Shown here piece by piece: positions 6,822-16,821 of a stretch of DNA of 17,168 nucleotides. How positions within the stretch are numbered: position 1 is the stretch's first letter; each line of letters starts with the position of its first letter. Source of the stretch: a virus (lineage: Duplodnaviria; Heunggongvirae; Uroviricota; Caudoviricetes); the IMG/VR virus record IMGVR_UViG_2639763151_000002. The stretch is one strand, 5' to 3'. Made by a program: the position numbers and the translations under genes. Under the pieces are notes generated by a model. The model saw only the letters and a list, made by a program, of their open reading frames with translations, had not been told where the DNA came from and made no database searches.

Positions 6822-8721
6822 TGCAGCCGGTGCGATAGCTACAGGGCTTTTATCTCTCATTATTCCTGTTCCACTGACGACAGTTCAGTGGGCCAATAAA
6901 CATTATTACCTTCCTAAAGAGTCGTCTTATACCCCGGGGCGGTGGGAAACACTGCCGTTTCAGGTTGGCATCATGAACTGTATGGGCAACGATCTGATTC
7001 GCACGGTTAACCTGATTAAATCTGCCCGTGTTGGTTATACAAAGATGTTGCTGGGAGTGGAGGCTTATTTTATTGAGCATAAATCACGCAACAGCCTTCT
7101 TTTTCAGCCCACGGACTCAGCTGCTGAAGATTTTATGAAATCTCATGTTGAGCCAACGATAAGGGATGTTCCTGCATTGCTGGAGCTGGCTCCATGGTTC
7201 GGAAGAAAACACCGCGATAATACGCTCACCCTGAAGCGTTTTTCCTCCGGTGTGGGGTTCTGGTGTCTGGGTGGTGCGGCAGCAAAAAACTACCGTGAAA
7301 AATCCGTGGATGTGGTCTGTTATGACGAGCTTTCCTCGTTCGAACCGGATGTTGAAAAAGAGGGTTCGCCAACCCTGCTGGGGGATAAACGTATTGAGGG
7401 CTCTGTATGGCCAAAATCCATTCGCGGCTCGACGCCTAAAATCAAAGGCTCCTGCCAGATCGAAAAAGCCGCTAACGAGTCGGCACACTTCATGCGTTTT
7501 TATGTGCCCTGTCCGCACTGTGGGGAGGAGCAGTATCTGAAATTTGGCGATGATGCCTCGCCTTTCGGTCTTAAGTGGGAGAAGAATAAGCCAGAAAGTG
7601 TTTTCTACCTTTGTGAGCATCATGGCTGTGTGATCCATCAGTCTGAGCTTGACCAGAGTAACGGGCGGTGGATCTGTGAAAACACGGGCATGTGGACCCG
7701 TGACGGCCTGATGTTTTTCAGCGCCCGGGGTGATGAAATTCCGCCGCCGCGCTCCATCACTTTCCATATCTGGACGGCGTACAGTCCGTTCACCACCTGG
7801 GTACAGATTGTCTATGACTGGCTGGATGCACTGAAAGATCCCAACGGCCTGAAAACCTTTGTGAACACCACGCTGGGCGAGACCTGGGAAGAGGCTGTGG
7901 GCGAAAAACTCGATCACCAGGTGCTGATGGATAAGGTTGTGCGTTACACGGCGGCGGTGCCTGCCCGGGTGGTTTATCTGACGGCGGGCATTGACTCGCA
8001 GCGAAACCGTTTTGAGATGTATGTCTGGGGATGGGCTCCGGGAGAGGAAGCCTTTCTGGTGGATAAAATCATCATTATGGGGCGTCCCGATGAGGAAGAG
8101 ACGCTGTTACGTGTGGATGCGGCGATCAACAAAAAATACCGCCATGCAGACGGAACCGAAATGACTATTTCCCGTGTCTGCTGGGACATCGGGGGGATCG
8201 ATGGCGAAATCGTTTATCAGAGGTCAAAAAAACACGGTGTTTTCCGGGTGCTGCCGGTAAAAGGCGCATCTGTCTATGGCAAGCCGGTGATCACCATGCC
8301 AAAAACCCGCAATCAGCGGGGCGTGTATCTGTGTGAAGTGGGGACGGACACCGCAAAAGAAATTCTCTATGCCCGTATGAAAGCCGATCCCACGCCTGTG
8401 GATGAAGCCACGTCGTATGCCATCCGTTTTCCTGATGATCCGGAGATTTTTTCGCAGACAGAGGCGCAGCAACTGGTCGCGGAAGAGCTTGTGGAGAAGT
8501 GGGAAAAAGGAAAGATGCGTCTGCTGTGGGATAACAAAAAGCGGCGTAACGAAGCGCTGGACTGCCTGGTGTATGCCTACGCGGCATTACGTGTGTCCGT
8601 GCAACGCTGGCAGCTTGATCTGGCTGTACTGGCAAAATCCCGGGAAGAAGAGACGACCCGGCCAACCCTTAAAGAACTGGCAGCGAAGCTGTCCGGAGGA
8701 GTGAATGGTTACAGTCGCTGA
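6793..8721 (+). CDS. A: terminase large subunit A
   Basis: Aligns along its full length with lambda gpA as recalled. The start was chosen at ATG 6793 ([13 protein letters not shown]...), which aligns residue-for-residue with the lambda gpA N-terminus; the listed ORF start at 6751 is further upstream and in frame. Confidence 0.95.
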
Positions 8722-8911
8722 ACTGCAGGCGCTGCGTCAGGCGCGCCTTGATTTATTAACCGGTAAACGGGTGGTGTCTGTCCAGAAAGATGGTCGCAGA
8801 ATTGAATATACGGCGGCTTCTCTGGATGAGCTTAACCGGGCGATCAATGATGCGGAGTCGGTACTGGGGACAACCCGGTGTCGCCGTCGTCCGCTGGGAG
8901 TGAGGTTATGA
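8705..8911 (+). CDS. W: head-tail joining protein W
   Basis: 68 aa, homologous to lambda gpW (LTGKRV..VQKDGRR.E.TA.S). SD GGAGGA at 8695-8700. Confidence 0.9.
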   Translation: MVTVAELQALRQARLDLLTGKRVVSVQKDGRRIEYTAASLDELNRAINDAESVLGTTRCRRRPLGVRL

Positions 8912-10500
8912 AACGAACGCCTGTCCTGATTGATGTGAACGGCGTTCCGCTTCGTGAGAGTCTCAGCTACAACGGGGGCGGTGCAGGATTTGGCGGGCAA
9001 ATGGCTGAGTGGTTGCCACCGGCGCAGAGTGCCGATGCGGCCCTGCTGCCCGCGTTGCGTCTGGGGAATGCCCGGGCAGATGATCTGGTGCGCAATAACG
9101 GAATAGCGGCTAATGCGGTGGCTCTGCATAAGGATCACATTGTCGGGCATATGTTTCTGATCAGCTACCGTCCGAACTGGCGCTGGCTGGGGATGCGGGA
9201 GACCGCAGCAAAAAGCTTTGTCGATGAGGTGGAGGCGGCCTGGTCGGAATACGCCGAAGGGATGTTTGGCGAGATCGACGTGGAAGGAAAACGCACGTTC
9301 ACGGAATTTATCCGTGAAGGTGTGGGCGTTCATGCGTTTAACGGCGAAATCTTTGTGCAGCCGGTCTGGGATACAGAAACCACGCAGTTATTCCGTACGC
9401 GTTTTAAAGCTGTGAGTCCGAAACGGGTGGACACGCCTGGACACGGTATGGGGAACCGTTTTCTGCGGGCCGGTGTGGAGGTCGATCGATATGGCCGTGC
9501 CGTCGCGTACCATATCTGTGAGGATGATTTTCCGTTCTCTGGTAGTGGACGATGGGAACGGATCCCGCGTGAACTTCCCACCGGGCGTCCGGCCATGCTG
9601 CATATTTTCGAGCCGGTGGAGGACGGGCAGACCCGTGGGGCTAATCAGTTTTACAGCGTCATGGAACGGCTGAAGATGCTCGATTCCCTGCAGGCAACAC
9701 AGCTTCAGTCGGCCATAGTGAAGGCGATGTATGCAGCGACGATTGAAAGTGAACTTGATACCGAAAAGGCCTTTGAATATATCGCCGGCGCGCCACAGGA
9801 GCAGAAGGATAATCCGCTTATTAATATTCTGGAGAAGTTCTCCAGCTGGTATGACACGAATAACGTGACACTGGGCGGTGTCAAAATTCCGCACCTTTTC
9901 CCTGGTGATGATCTGAAACTACAGACTGCGCAGGATTCAGACAATGGATTTTCTGCACTTGAACAGGCGCTGCTGCGGTATATCGCCGCCGGTCTTGGCG
10001 TTTCCTACGAACAGTTGTCCCGTGATTACTCGAAGGTCAGTTACTCAAGTGCCCGCGCCTCCGCCAATGAGTCGTGGCGCTATTTTATGGGGCGGCGAAA
10101 ATTTATTGCGGCCCGGCTGGCCACGCAGATGTTTTCCTGCTGGCTGGAAGAGGCACTTCTTCGGGGGATTATTCGTCCGCCACGGGCACGTTTTGATTTT
10201 TATCAGGCGCGATCAGCCTGGTCACGGGCAGAGTGGATTGGTGCCGGAAGAATGGCCATTGACGGGCTCAAGGAAGTCCAGGAATCAGTGATGCGCATTG
10301 AGGCCGGACTGAGCACGTATGAGAAAGAGCTGGCGCTGATGGGCGAGGATTATCAGGACATTTTCCGCCAGCAGGTCAGGGAATCTGCAGAGCGGCAAAA
10401 AGCCGGACTCTCACGTCCGGTGTGGATATCGCAGGCGTATCAGCAGCAGATAGCGGAGAGTCGCAGGCCGGAAGAGGAGACAACACCACGTGAGACGTAA
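8908..10500 (+). CDS. B: portal protein B
   Basis: Start at ATG 8908 (MKRTPVLID...) overlapping the W stop; strong similarity to lambda gpB throughout (GNARADDLVRNNG, FEPVEDGQTRGAN, LQSAIVKAMYAATIESELDT...). Confidence 0.95.
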   Translation: MKRTPVLIDVNGVPLRESLSYNGGGAGFGGQMAEWLPPAQSADAALLPALRLGNARADDLVRNNGIAANAVALHKDHIVGHMFLISYRPNWRWLGMRETAAKSFVDEVEAAWSEYAEGMFGEIDVEGKRTFTEFIREGVGVHAFNGEIFVQPVWDTETTQLFRTRFKAVSPKRVDTPGHGMGNRFLRAGVEVDRYGRAVAYHICEDDFPFSGSGRWERIPRELPTGRPAMLHIFEPVEDGQTRGANQFYSVMERLKMLDSLQATQLQSAIVKAMYAATIESELDTEKAFEYIAGAPQEQKDNPLINILEKFSSWYDTNNVTLGGVKIPHLFPGDDLKLQTAQDSDNGFSALEQALLRYIAAGLGVSYEQLSRDYSKVSYSSARASANESWRYFMGRRKFIAARLATQMFSCWLEEALLRGIIRPPRARFDFYQARSAWSRAEWIGAGRMAIDGLKEVQESVMRIEAGLSTYEKELALMGEDYQDIFRQQVRESAERQKAGLSRPVWISQAYQQQIAESRRPEEETTPRET

Positions 10501-11995
10501 TCTTTCACACATTATTGCCGCAGCATTCAATGAACCGCTGCTTCTGGAGCCCGCCTATGCGCGGGTTTTCTTTTGCGCGCTCGGGCGCGAGATGGGGGCA
10601 GCAAGTCTTTCGGTACCACAACAGCAGGTACAGTTTGATGCTCCCGGAATGCTGGCTGAAACGGACGAGTACATGGCCGGAGGTAAACGACCGGCCCGTG
10701 TTTACAGGGTGGTGAACGGTATTGCTGTACTGCCGGTGACCGGCACGCTGGTGCACCGGCTGGGTGGTATGCGGCCATTTTCCGGAATGACAGGCTATGA
10801 CGGTATTGTCGCCTGTCTTCAGCAGGCAATGGCGGATAGCCAGGTGCGGGGCGTACTGCTGGACATTGACAGTCCGGGCGGGCAGGCCGCCGGCGCGTTT
10901 GACTGCGCTGACATGATTTACCGCCTCCGTCAGCAGAAGCCGGTCTGGGCACTGTGCAATGACACGGCCTGTTCTGCAGCCATGCTGCTGGCGTCGGCCT
11001 GCTCCCGACGGCTGGTTACCCAGACATCCCGTATCGGCTCCATTGGCGTGATGATGAGCCATGTCAGCTATGCCGGTCATCTGGCGCAGGCCGGTGTGGA
11101 TATCACGCTGATTTACTCAGGTGCGCACAAGGTGGATGGCAATCAGTTTGAAGCGTTGCCGGCAGAGGTTCGCCAGGACATGCAGCAGCGGATTGATGCG
11201 GCGCGCCGGATGTTTGCCGAAAAAGTGGCGATGTATACCGGTCTGTCTGTTGATGCCGTCACGGGAACAGAGGCTGCCGTTTTTGAAGGTCAGTCCGGCA
11301 TTGAGGCCGGGCTGGCGGATGAATTAATCAATGCGTCGGATGCCATCAGTGTGATGGCCACGGCGCTGAACAGTAATGTCAGAGGAGGCACTATGCCGCA
11401 ATTAACTGCAACGGAAGCCGCCGCGCAGGAGAACCAGCGAGTGATGGGGATCCTGACATGCCAGGAAGCGAAAGGACGTGAACAGCTTGCCACGATGCTG
11501 GCAGGACAACAGGGCATGAGCGTTGAACAGGCCCGGGCGATTCTGGCCGCGGCGGCACCGCAGCAGCCGGTGGCATCCACGCAGAGTGAAGCCGATCGCA
11601 TTATGGCGTGTGAAGAAGCGAACGGTCGTGAACAACTGGCGGCAACGCTGGCGGCGATGCCGGAGATGACGGTGGAAAAAGCCCGCCCGATCCTGGCTGC
11701 TTCACCGCAGGCGGATGCCGGACCATCACTCCGTGATCAGATCATGGCACTGGATGAGGCAAAAGGGGCTGAGGCGCAGGCTGAACAGCTGGCTGCCTGC
11801 CCGGGAATGACAGTGGAGAGCGCCCGGGCTGTGCTGGCTGCGGGATCAGGTAAGGCAGAACCGGTCTCTGCATCCACAACCGCCATGTTTGAACATTTCA
11901 TGGCGAACCATTCACCGGCAGCGGTACAGGGTGGCGTGCCACAGACGTCAGCAGACGGTGATGCGGACGTGAAAATGCTCATGGCCATGCCATGA
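10490..11995 (+). CDS. C: head maturation protease/scaffold protein C (ClpP/SppA-like protease domain), C-terminal region expanded by tandem repeats
   Basis: N-terminal two-thirds is similar to lambda gpC (AFNEPLLLEPAYARVFFCAL, NGIAVLPVTGTLV, KPVWAL.ND, GSIGVMM). It is 501 aa against about 439 aa in lambda. Confidence 0.9.
   Translation: MRRNLSHIIAAAFNEPLLLEPAYARVFFCALGREMGAASLSVPQQQVQFDAPGMLAETDEYMAGGKRPARVYRVVNGIAVLPVTGTLVHRLGGMRPFSGMTGYDGIVACLQQAMADSQVRGVLLDIDSPGGQAAGAFDCADMIYRLRQQKPVWALCNDTACSAAMLLASACSRRLVTQTSRIGSIGVMMSHVSYAGHLAQAGVDITLIYSGAHKVDGNQFEALPAEVRQDMQQRIDAARRMFAEKVAMYTGLSVDAVTGTEAAVFEGQSGIEAGLADELINASDAISVMATALNSNVRGGTMPQLTATEAAAQENQRVMGILTCQEAKGREQLATMLAGQQGMSVEQARAILAAAAPQQPVASTQSEADRIMACEEANGREQLAATLAAMPEMTVEKARPILAASPQADAGPSLRDQIMALDEAKGAEAQAEQLAACPGMTVESARAVLAAGSGKAEPVSASTTAMFEHFMANHSPAAVQGGVPQTSADGDADVKMLMAMP
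11393..11995 (+). CDS. Nu3: Nu3-like scaffolding protein, in-frame internal initiation within C
   Basis: Internal ATG at 11393 preceded by a strong SD AGAGGAGG at 11380-11387, in the same frame and with the same stop as C, as for lambda Nu3. Confidence 0.6.
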   Translation: MPQLTATEAAAQENQRVMGILTCQEAKGREQLATMLAGQQGMSVEQARAILAAAAPQQPVASTQSEADRIMACEEANGREQLAATLAAMPEMTVEKARPILAASPQADAGPSLRDQIMALDEAKGAEAQAEQLAACPGMTVESARAVLAAGSGKAEPVSASTTAMFEHFMANHSPAAVQGGVPQTSADGDADVKMLMAMP

Positions 11996-12031
11996 AGTCA
12001 GTGCTGACCATCAATAGGAGGTTTTTACAAT

Positions 12032-12379
12032 ATGGTGACGAAAACCATCACTGAACAGCGTGCGGAAGTACGTATTTTTGCCGGTAATGATCCGGCTCAT
12101 ACCGCCACAGGCAGCAGCGGGATTTCTTCTGCAACACCGGCTCTGACGCCCCTGATGCTGGATGAAGCCACCGGGAAACTGGTGGTCTGGGACGGACAGA
12201 AAGCCGGTAGTGCGGTTGGCATACTGGTACTGCCGCTTGAAGGCACAGAGACGGCGCTGACGTATTACAAGTCGGGAACCTTTGCGACGGAGGCAATCCA
12301 CTGGCCTGAAAGTGTGGATGAACACAAAAAGGCCAACGCCTTTGCTGGCAGTGCCCTGAGTCACGCGGCGCTGCCGTAA
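12032..12379 (+). CDS. D: head decoration protein D
   Basis: 115 aa with DPAHTAT...TPLMLD...WDG...VGIL...YKSGTF...FAG, matching lambda gpD. SD AGGAGG upstream. Confidence 0.9.
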   Translation: MVTKTITEQRAEVRIFAGNDPAHTATGSSGISSATPALTPLMLDEATGKLVVWDGQKAGSAVGILVLPLEGTETALTYYKSGTFATEAIHWPESVDEHKKANAFAGSALSHAALP

Positions 12380-12386
12380 CACGTTA

Positions 12387-12408
12387 TCAGGCCACTGCGG
12401 TGGCCTGA
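12387..12408 (+). other. stem-loop immediately downstream of D
   Basis: TCAGGCCAC / GTGGCCTGA, a 9-bp stem with loop TGCG, followed by only a weak T tract. Confidence 0.35.
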
Positions 12409-12436
12409 CTGATTTCTGAATGAAAGGAACTGATTT

Positions 12437-13465
12437 ATGGGATTGTTTACGACCCGCCAGTTACTCGGTTATACCGAACAAAAAGTTAAATTTCGTGCGC
12501 TGTTTCTGGAACTGTTTTTCCGCCGTACGGTGAATTTCCATACCGAAGAGGTGATGCTGGACAAAATTACCGGAAAAACGCCGGTGGCGGCCTATGTCTC
12601 CCCGGTTGTTGAAGGAAAAGTGCTGCGTCATCGTGGTGGTGAAACCCGCGTGTTGCGTCCGGGCTACGTCAAGCCGAAACACGAATTTAATTACCAGCAG
12701 GCGGTTGAGCGCCTTCCTGGTGAAGATCCATCTCAACTGAATGATCCGGCTTACCGCCGTCTGCGTATCATTACCGATAACCTCAAACAGGAAGAGCACG
12801 CGATTGTCCAGGTGGAAGAAATGCAGGCGGTAAATGCTGTGTTGTATGGCAAATACACCATGGAAGGAGACCAGTTCGAGAAAATTGAGGTCGATTTTGG
12901 CAGGTCGACGAAGAATAACATCACTCAGGGTAGTGGTAAGGAGTGGTCAAAACAGGATCGTGACACGTTCGATCCTGCGCATGATATTGACCTCTACTGC
13001 GACCAGGCCAGCGGTCTTGTGAATATTGCCATTATGGACGGTACCGTCTGGCGTCTTCTGAATGGTTTTAAGCTGTTCCGCGAAAAACTGGATACCCGTC
13101 GCGGTTCAAATTCTCAACTCGAAACGGCAGTGAAAGATCTGGGCGCAGTGGTGTCCTTCAAGGGGTATTACGGCGATCTGGCCATTGTGGTGGCGAAAAC
13201 GTCTTATATAGCAGAAGACGGTATCGAAAAACGTTATCTTCCAGATGGCATGCTGGTTCTGGGGAATACTGCTGCAGATGGGATCCGTTGTTACGGTGCC
13301 ATTCAGGATGCTCAGGCGTTGTCCGAAGGTGTGGTGGCCTCTTCCCGTTATCCGAAACACTGGCTGACGGTAGGGGATCCCGCCCGTGAATTTACCATGA
13401 CGCAGTCCGCGCCGCTGATGGTGTTGCCGGACCCGGATGAGTTTGTGGTGGTACAGGTGAAATAA
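12437..13465 (+). CDS. E: major capsid protein E
   Basis: 342 aa, strongly similar to lambda gpE (PGYVKPKHE, IVQVEEMQAV, DTRRGSNS.LETAVKDLG, GDPAREFTM.QSAPLM). Confidence 0.95.
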   Translation: MGLFTTRQLLGYTEQKVKFRALFLELFFRRTVNFHTEEVMLDKITGKTPVAAYVSPVVEGKVLRHRGGETRVLRPGYVKPKHEFNYQQAVERLPGEDPSQLNDPAYRRLRIITDNLKQEEHAIVQVEEMQAVNAVLYGKYTMEGDQFEKIEVDFGRSTKNNITQGSGKEWSKQDRDTFDPAHDIDLYCDQASGLVNIAIMDGTVWRLLNGFKLFREKLDTRRGSNSQLETAVKDLGAVVSFKGYYGDLAIVVAKTSYIAEDGIEKRYLPDGMLVLGNTAADGIRCYGAIQDAQALSEGVVASSRYPKHWLTVGDPAREFTMTQSAPLMVLPDPDEFVVVQVK

Positions 13466-13472
13466 TCCGTGA

Positions 13473-13502
13473 GCGGGGGCGAAATGCCCCCGTGTCTTTT
13501 TT
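13473..13502 (+). terminator. GC-rich hairpin plus T-run between E and FI (candidate partial terminator or mRNA-stabilising structure)
   Basis: GCGGGGGC gaaat GCCCCCGT followed by GTCTTTTTT. Confidence 0.45.
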
Positions 13503-13516
13503 CACAGGGGGCTGAT

Positions 13517-13891
13517 ATGGCAACGAAAGAGCAAAATCTGAAACGGCTTGATGAACTGGCCCTGATTCTGGGGCGTGAGCCGGATATATCCGGGAGTGCC
13601 GCAGAGATAGCGCAGCGGGTGGCAGAATGGGAAGAGGAAATGCAGTCATCCGGCGATGATGTACAGGTTATGAATATGGATATCCGGGAGCGGGAAACCG
13701 CGGCTCATGATGTTCGTGAGGAAACATCCGGCGCGTTAACGCCCATCAGAGTTCTGACCTGCCTCCATCTCTGTGGCGTTGATGGTGAAACGGGGGAATC
13801 CGTTGAGCTTGCGGATGTTGGTCGGGTGATTCTGATTATGTCCTCAGATGCAAAAACACACGTTGATGGTGGAATGGCTGTTTATGCGTGA
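13517..13891 (+). CDS. FI: DNA-packaging protein FI (diverged from lambda FI)
   Basis: Position between E and FII. Start chosen at ATG 13517 (SD AGGGGG at 13506-13511), downstream of the hairpin; acidic protein with an N-terminal pattern like lambda FI. Confidence 0.7.
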   Translation: MATKEQNLKRLDELALILGREPDISGSAAEIAQRVAEWEEEMQSSGDDVQVMNMDIRERETAAHDVREETSGALTPIRVLTCLHLCGVDGETGESVELADVGRVILIMSSDAKTHVDGGMAVYA

Positions 13892-14237
13892 TTTTCAGAA
13901 TGCCTTTGATGCCGCCCTTGCCGGGGTGGACAGTACGATTGTTGAAGTGATGGGCATCAGTGCGCAGTTCACCTCCGGTGCACAGCGTGGCGGCGAGGTT
14001 CATGGCGTTTTTGACGATCCGGAGTCGCTGGGTTTTGCCAGTAGTGGGATCCGTATTGAAGGAAGTAACCCGTCATTATTTGTGCTTACGGATACGGTTT
14101 GTGCTGTACGGCGTGGTGACACGCTGACCATTAACGGCGAGATGTTCTGGGTGGACCGTGTTTCTCCGGATGACGGAGGGAGTTGTTATCTCTGGCTCAA
14201 CCGGGGGCAACCACCTGCCGCCAGCCGTCGTCGCTGA
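13884..14237 (+). CDS. FII: head-tail connector/head completion protein FII
   Basis: Start MRDFQNAFDAA overlapping the FI stop; strong similarity to lambda gpFII (GVFDDPE, VDRVSPDDGGSC.LWL). Confidence 0.9.
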   Translation: MRDFQNAFDAALAGVDSTIVEVMGISAQFTSGAQRGGEVHGVFDDPESLGFASSGIRIEGSNPSLFVLTDTVCAVRRGDTLTINGEMFWVDRVSPDDGGSCYLWLNRGQPPAASRRR

Positions 14238-14248
14238 AAGGGGGATGT

Positions 14249-14827
14249 ATGGCCATACAGGGTCTTGAGCAGGCCGTTGAAAACCTCAGCCGTATCAGCA
14301 AAACGGCGGTGCCCGGTGCCTCCGCAATGGCCATTAACCGCGTTGCTTCATCCGCGATATCGCAGTCTGCGTCACAGGTTGCCCGTGAGACAAAGGTACG
14401 CCGGAAACTGGTAAAGGAAAGGGCCAGGCTGAAAAGGGCCACGGTCAAAAATCCGCAGGCCAGAATCAAGGTTAACCGGGGGGATTTGCCCGTAATCAGG
14501 CTGGGTAACGCGCGGGTTGTCCTGTCCCGACGCAGGCGTCGTAAAAAGGGGCAGCGTTCATCCCTGAAAGGTGGCGACAGCGTGCTTGTGGTGGGAAACC
14601 GTCGTATTCCCGGCGCGTTTATTCAGCAACTGAAAAATGGCCGCTGGCATGTCATGCAGCGTGTGGCCGGGAAAAACCGTTACCCCATTGATGTGGTGAA
14701 AATTCCGATGGCGGTGCCGCTGACCACGGCGTTTAAACAGAATATTGAGCGGATACGGCGTGAGCGTCTTCCGAAAGAGCTGGGCTATGCGCTGCAGCAT
14801 CAACTGAGGATGGTAATAAAGCGATGA
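14249..14827 (+). CDS. Z: tail completion protein Z
   Basis: 192 aa from MAIQGLEQAVENLSRISKTAVPG..., near-identical to lambda gpZ as recalled. Confidence 0.95.
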   Translation: MAIQGLEQAVENLSRISKTAVPGASAMAINRVASSAISQSASQVARETKVRRKLVKERARLKRATVKNPQARIKVNRGDLPVIRLGNARVVLSRRRRRKKGQRSSLKGGDSVLVVGNRRIPGAFIQQLKNGRWHVMQRVAGKNRYPIDVVKIPMAVPLTTAFKQNIERIRRERLPKELGYALQHQLRMVIKR

Positions 14828-15219
14828 AACATACTGAATTCCGTGCAGCCGTACTGGATGCACTGGAAAAACATGACACCGGGGCGACGCTTTTTGATGG
14901 TCGCCCCGCTGTTTTTGATGAGGCGGATTTTCCGGCAATTGCCGTTTATCTCACCGGCGCTGAATACACGGGCGAAGAGCTGGACAGCGATACCTGGCAG
15001 GCGGAGCTGCATATTGAAGTTTTCCTGCCTGCTCAGGTGCCGGATTCAGAGCTGGATTCGTGGATGGAAAGCCGGATTTATCCGGCGATGAGCGATATCC
15101 CGGCACTGTCAGATTTGATCACCAGTATGGTGGCCAGTGGCTATGACTACCGGCGCGACGATGATGCGGGCCTGTGGAGTTCAGCCGATCTGACTTATGT
15201 CATTACCTATGAAATGTGA
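14824..15219 (+). CDS. U: tail terminator protein U
   Basis: 131 aa [22 protein letters not shown]..., near-identical to lambda gpU as recalled. Confidence 0.95.
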   Translation: MKHTEFRAAVLDALEKHDTGATLFDGRPAVFDEADFPAIAVYLTGAEYTGEELDSDTWQAELHIEVFLPAQVPDSELDSWMESRIYPAMSDIPALSDLITSMVASGYDYRRDDDAGLWSSADLTYVITYEM

Positions 15220-15226
15220 GGACGAT

Positions 15227-15967
15227 ATGCCAACACCAAATCCTCTGGCACCGGTGAAAGGGGCCGGAACCACACTGTGGGTTTATAACGGGAGCGGCGA
15301 CCCTTATGCAAACCCGCTTTCAGACAATGACTGGTCGCGTCTGGCAAAAATTAAAGACCTGACGCCCGGCGAACTGACCGCTGAGTCCTATGACGACAGT
15401 TATCTCGATGATGAAGATGCGGACTGGACCGCGACCGGGCAGGGGCAGAAATCCGCCGGAGATACCAGCTTCACGCTGGCGTGGATGCCCGGAGAGCAGG
15501 GGCAGCAGGCGCTGCTGGCGTGGTTTAATGAAGGTGATACCCGTGCCTATAAAATCCGCTTCCCGAACGGCACGGTCGATGTGTTCCGTGGCTGGGTCAG
15601 CAGTATCGGTAAGGCGGTGACGGCGAAGGAAGTGATCACCCGTACGGTGAAGGTCACCAATGTGGGCCGTCCGTCAATGGCAGAAGATCGCAGTACGGTG
15701 ACGGCGGCAACCGGTATGACCGTGACGCCTGCCAGCTCCTCGGTGGTGAAAGGGCAGAGCACCACGCTGACCGTGGCCTTCCAGCCGGAGGGCGCAACTG
15801 ACAAGAGCTTCCGTGCGGTGTCAGCGGATAAAACAAAAGCCACCGTGTCGGTCAGTGGTATGACCATCACCGTGAACGGCGTTGCTGCAGGCAGGGTCAA
15901 CATTCCGGTTGTATCCGGTAATGGTGAACTTGCTGCGGTTGCAGAAATCACTGTCACCGACAGTTAA
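15227..15967 (+). CDS. V: major tail tube protein V (with C-terminal Ig-like domain)
   Basis: Start [14 protein letters not shown] at 15227; near-identical to lambda gpV as recalled. Confidence 0.95.
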   Translation: MPTPNPLAPVKGAGTTLWVYNGSGDPYANPLSDNDWSRLAKIKDLTPGELTAESYDDSYLDDEDADWTATGQGQKSAGDTSFTLAWMPGEQGQQALLAWFNEGDTRAYKIRFPNGTVDVFRGWVSSIGKAVTAKEVITRTVKVTNVGRPSMAEDRSTVTAATGMTVTPASSSVVKGQSTTLTVAFQPEGATDKSFRAVSADKTKATVSVSGMTITVNGVAAGRVNIPVVSGNGELAAVAEITVTDS

Positions 15968-15982
15968 TCCGGAGAGTCAGCG

Positions 15983-16405
15983 ATGTTCCTGAAAACCGAA
16001 TCATTTGAACATAACGGCGTGACCGTCACGCTTTCTGAACTGTCAGCCCTGCAGCGTATTGAGCATCTCGCCCTGATGAAACAGCAGGCAGAACAGGCGG
16101 AGTCAGACAGCAACCGGCAGGTTACTGTGGAAGACGCCATCAGAACCGGTGCTTTTGTGGTGGCGATGTCCCTGTGGCATAACCATTCGCAGAAGACAAA
16201 GCAGCCTTCCATGAATGAAGCCGTTAAACAGATTGAGCAGGAAGTGCTTACCACCTGGCCCGCGGAGGCAATTTCTCATGCTGAAAACGTGGTGTACCGG
16301 CTGTCCGGTATGTATGGGTTTGTGGTGAATGATGCCCCTGACCAGGCAGAGGACTCCGGGCCTGCAGAGCCTGTTTCTGCGGGAAAGTGTTCGACGGTGA
16401 GCTGA
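15983..16405 (+). CDS. G: tail assembly chaperone G
   Basis: 140 aa MFLKTESFEHNGVTVTLSELSALQRIEHL..., near-identical to lambda gpG as recalled. Confidence 0.95.
   Translation: MFLKTESFEHNGVTVTLSELSALQRIEHLALMKQQAEQAESDSNRQVTVEDAIRTGAFVVAMSLWHNHSQKTKQPSMNEAVKQIEQEVLTTWPAEAISHAENVVYRLSGMYGFVVNDAPDQAEDSGPAEPVSAGKCSTVS
16381..16387 (+). promoter_or_regulatory. programmed -1 ribosomal frameshift slippery heptamer GGGAAAG (G to G-T fusion)
   Basis: G GGA AAG lies near the 3' end of G; the -1 frame continues as the T ORF. Confidence 0.8.
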
Positions 16406-16821
16406 GTTTTGCCCTGAAACTGGCGCGAGAGATGGGGCGACCTGACTGGCGCGCCATGCTTGCCGGGATGTCATCCACGGAGTATGCCGACTGGCACCGC
16501 TTTTACAGTACCCATTATTTTCATGATGTTCTGCTGGATATGCACTTTTCCGGGCTGACGTACACTGTGCTCAGCCTGTTTTTCAGCGATCCGGATATGC
16601 ATCCGCTGGATTTCAGTTTGCTGAACCGGCGTGAGGATGACGAAGAGCCTGAAGATGATGTGCTGATGCAGAAAGCGGCAGGGCTTACCGGAGGCGTCCG
16701 CTTTGACCCGGACGGAAATGAAGTTATCCCCGCTTCCCCGGATATGGCGGGCATGACGGAGGATGACGTAATGCTGATGACAGTATCAGAAGGGATCGCA
16801 GGAGGAGTCCGGTATGGCTGA
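16387..16821 (+). CDS. T: tail assembly protein T, expressed as the -1 frameshift extension of G (gpGT)
   Basis: 144-aa -1 frame ORF MFDGELSFALKLAREMGRPDWRAMLAGMSSTEYADW..., near-identical to lambda gpT as recalled. Confidence 0.85.
   Translation: MFDGELSFALKLAREMGRPDWRAMLAGMSSTEYADWHRFYSTHYFHDVLLDMHFSGLTYTVLSLFFSDPDMHPLDFSLLNRREDDEEPEDDVLMQKAAGLTGGVRFDPDGNEVIPASPDMAGMTEDDVMLMTVSEGIAGGVRYG

Noticed and set aside
7117-7917. 266-aa minus-strand ORF, and similar long antisense ORFs at 8291-8665, 8737-9333, 9388-9894, 10505-11080, 10527-10952, 11290-11601 and 15547-15957
   Set aside because: They lie entirely antisense to strongly supported terminase, portal, protease and tail genes in GC-rich DNA where stop codons are rare, and have no SD or plausible function. 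They are chance ORFs.
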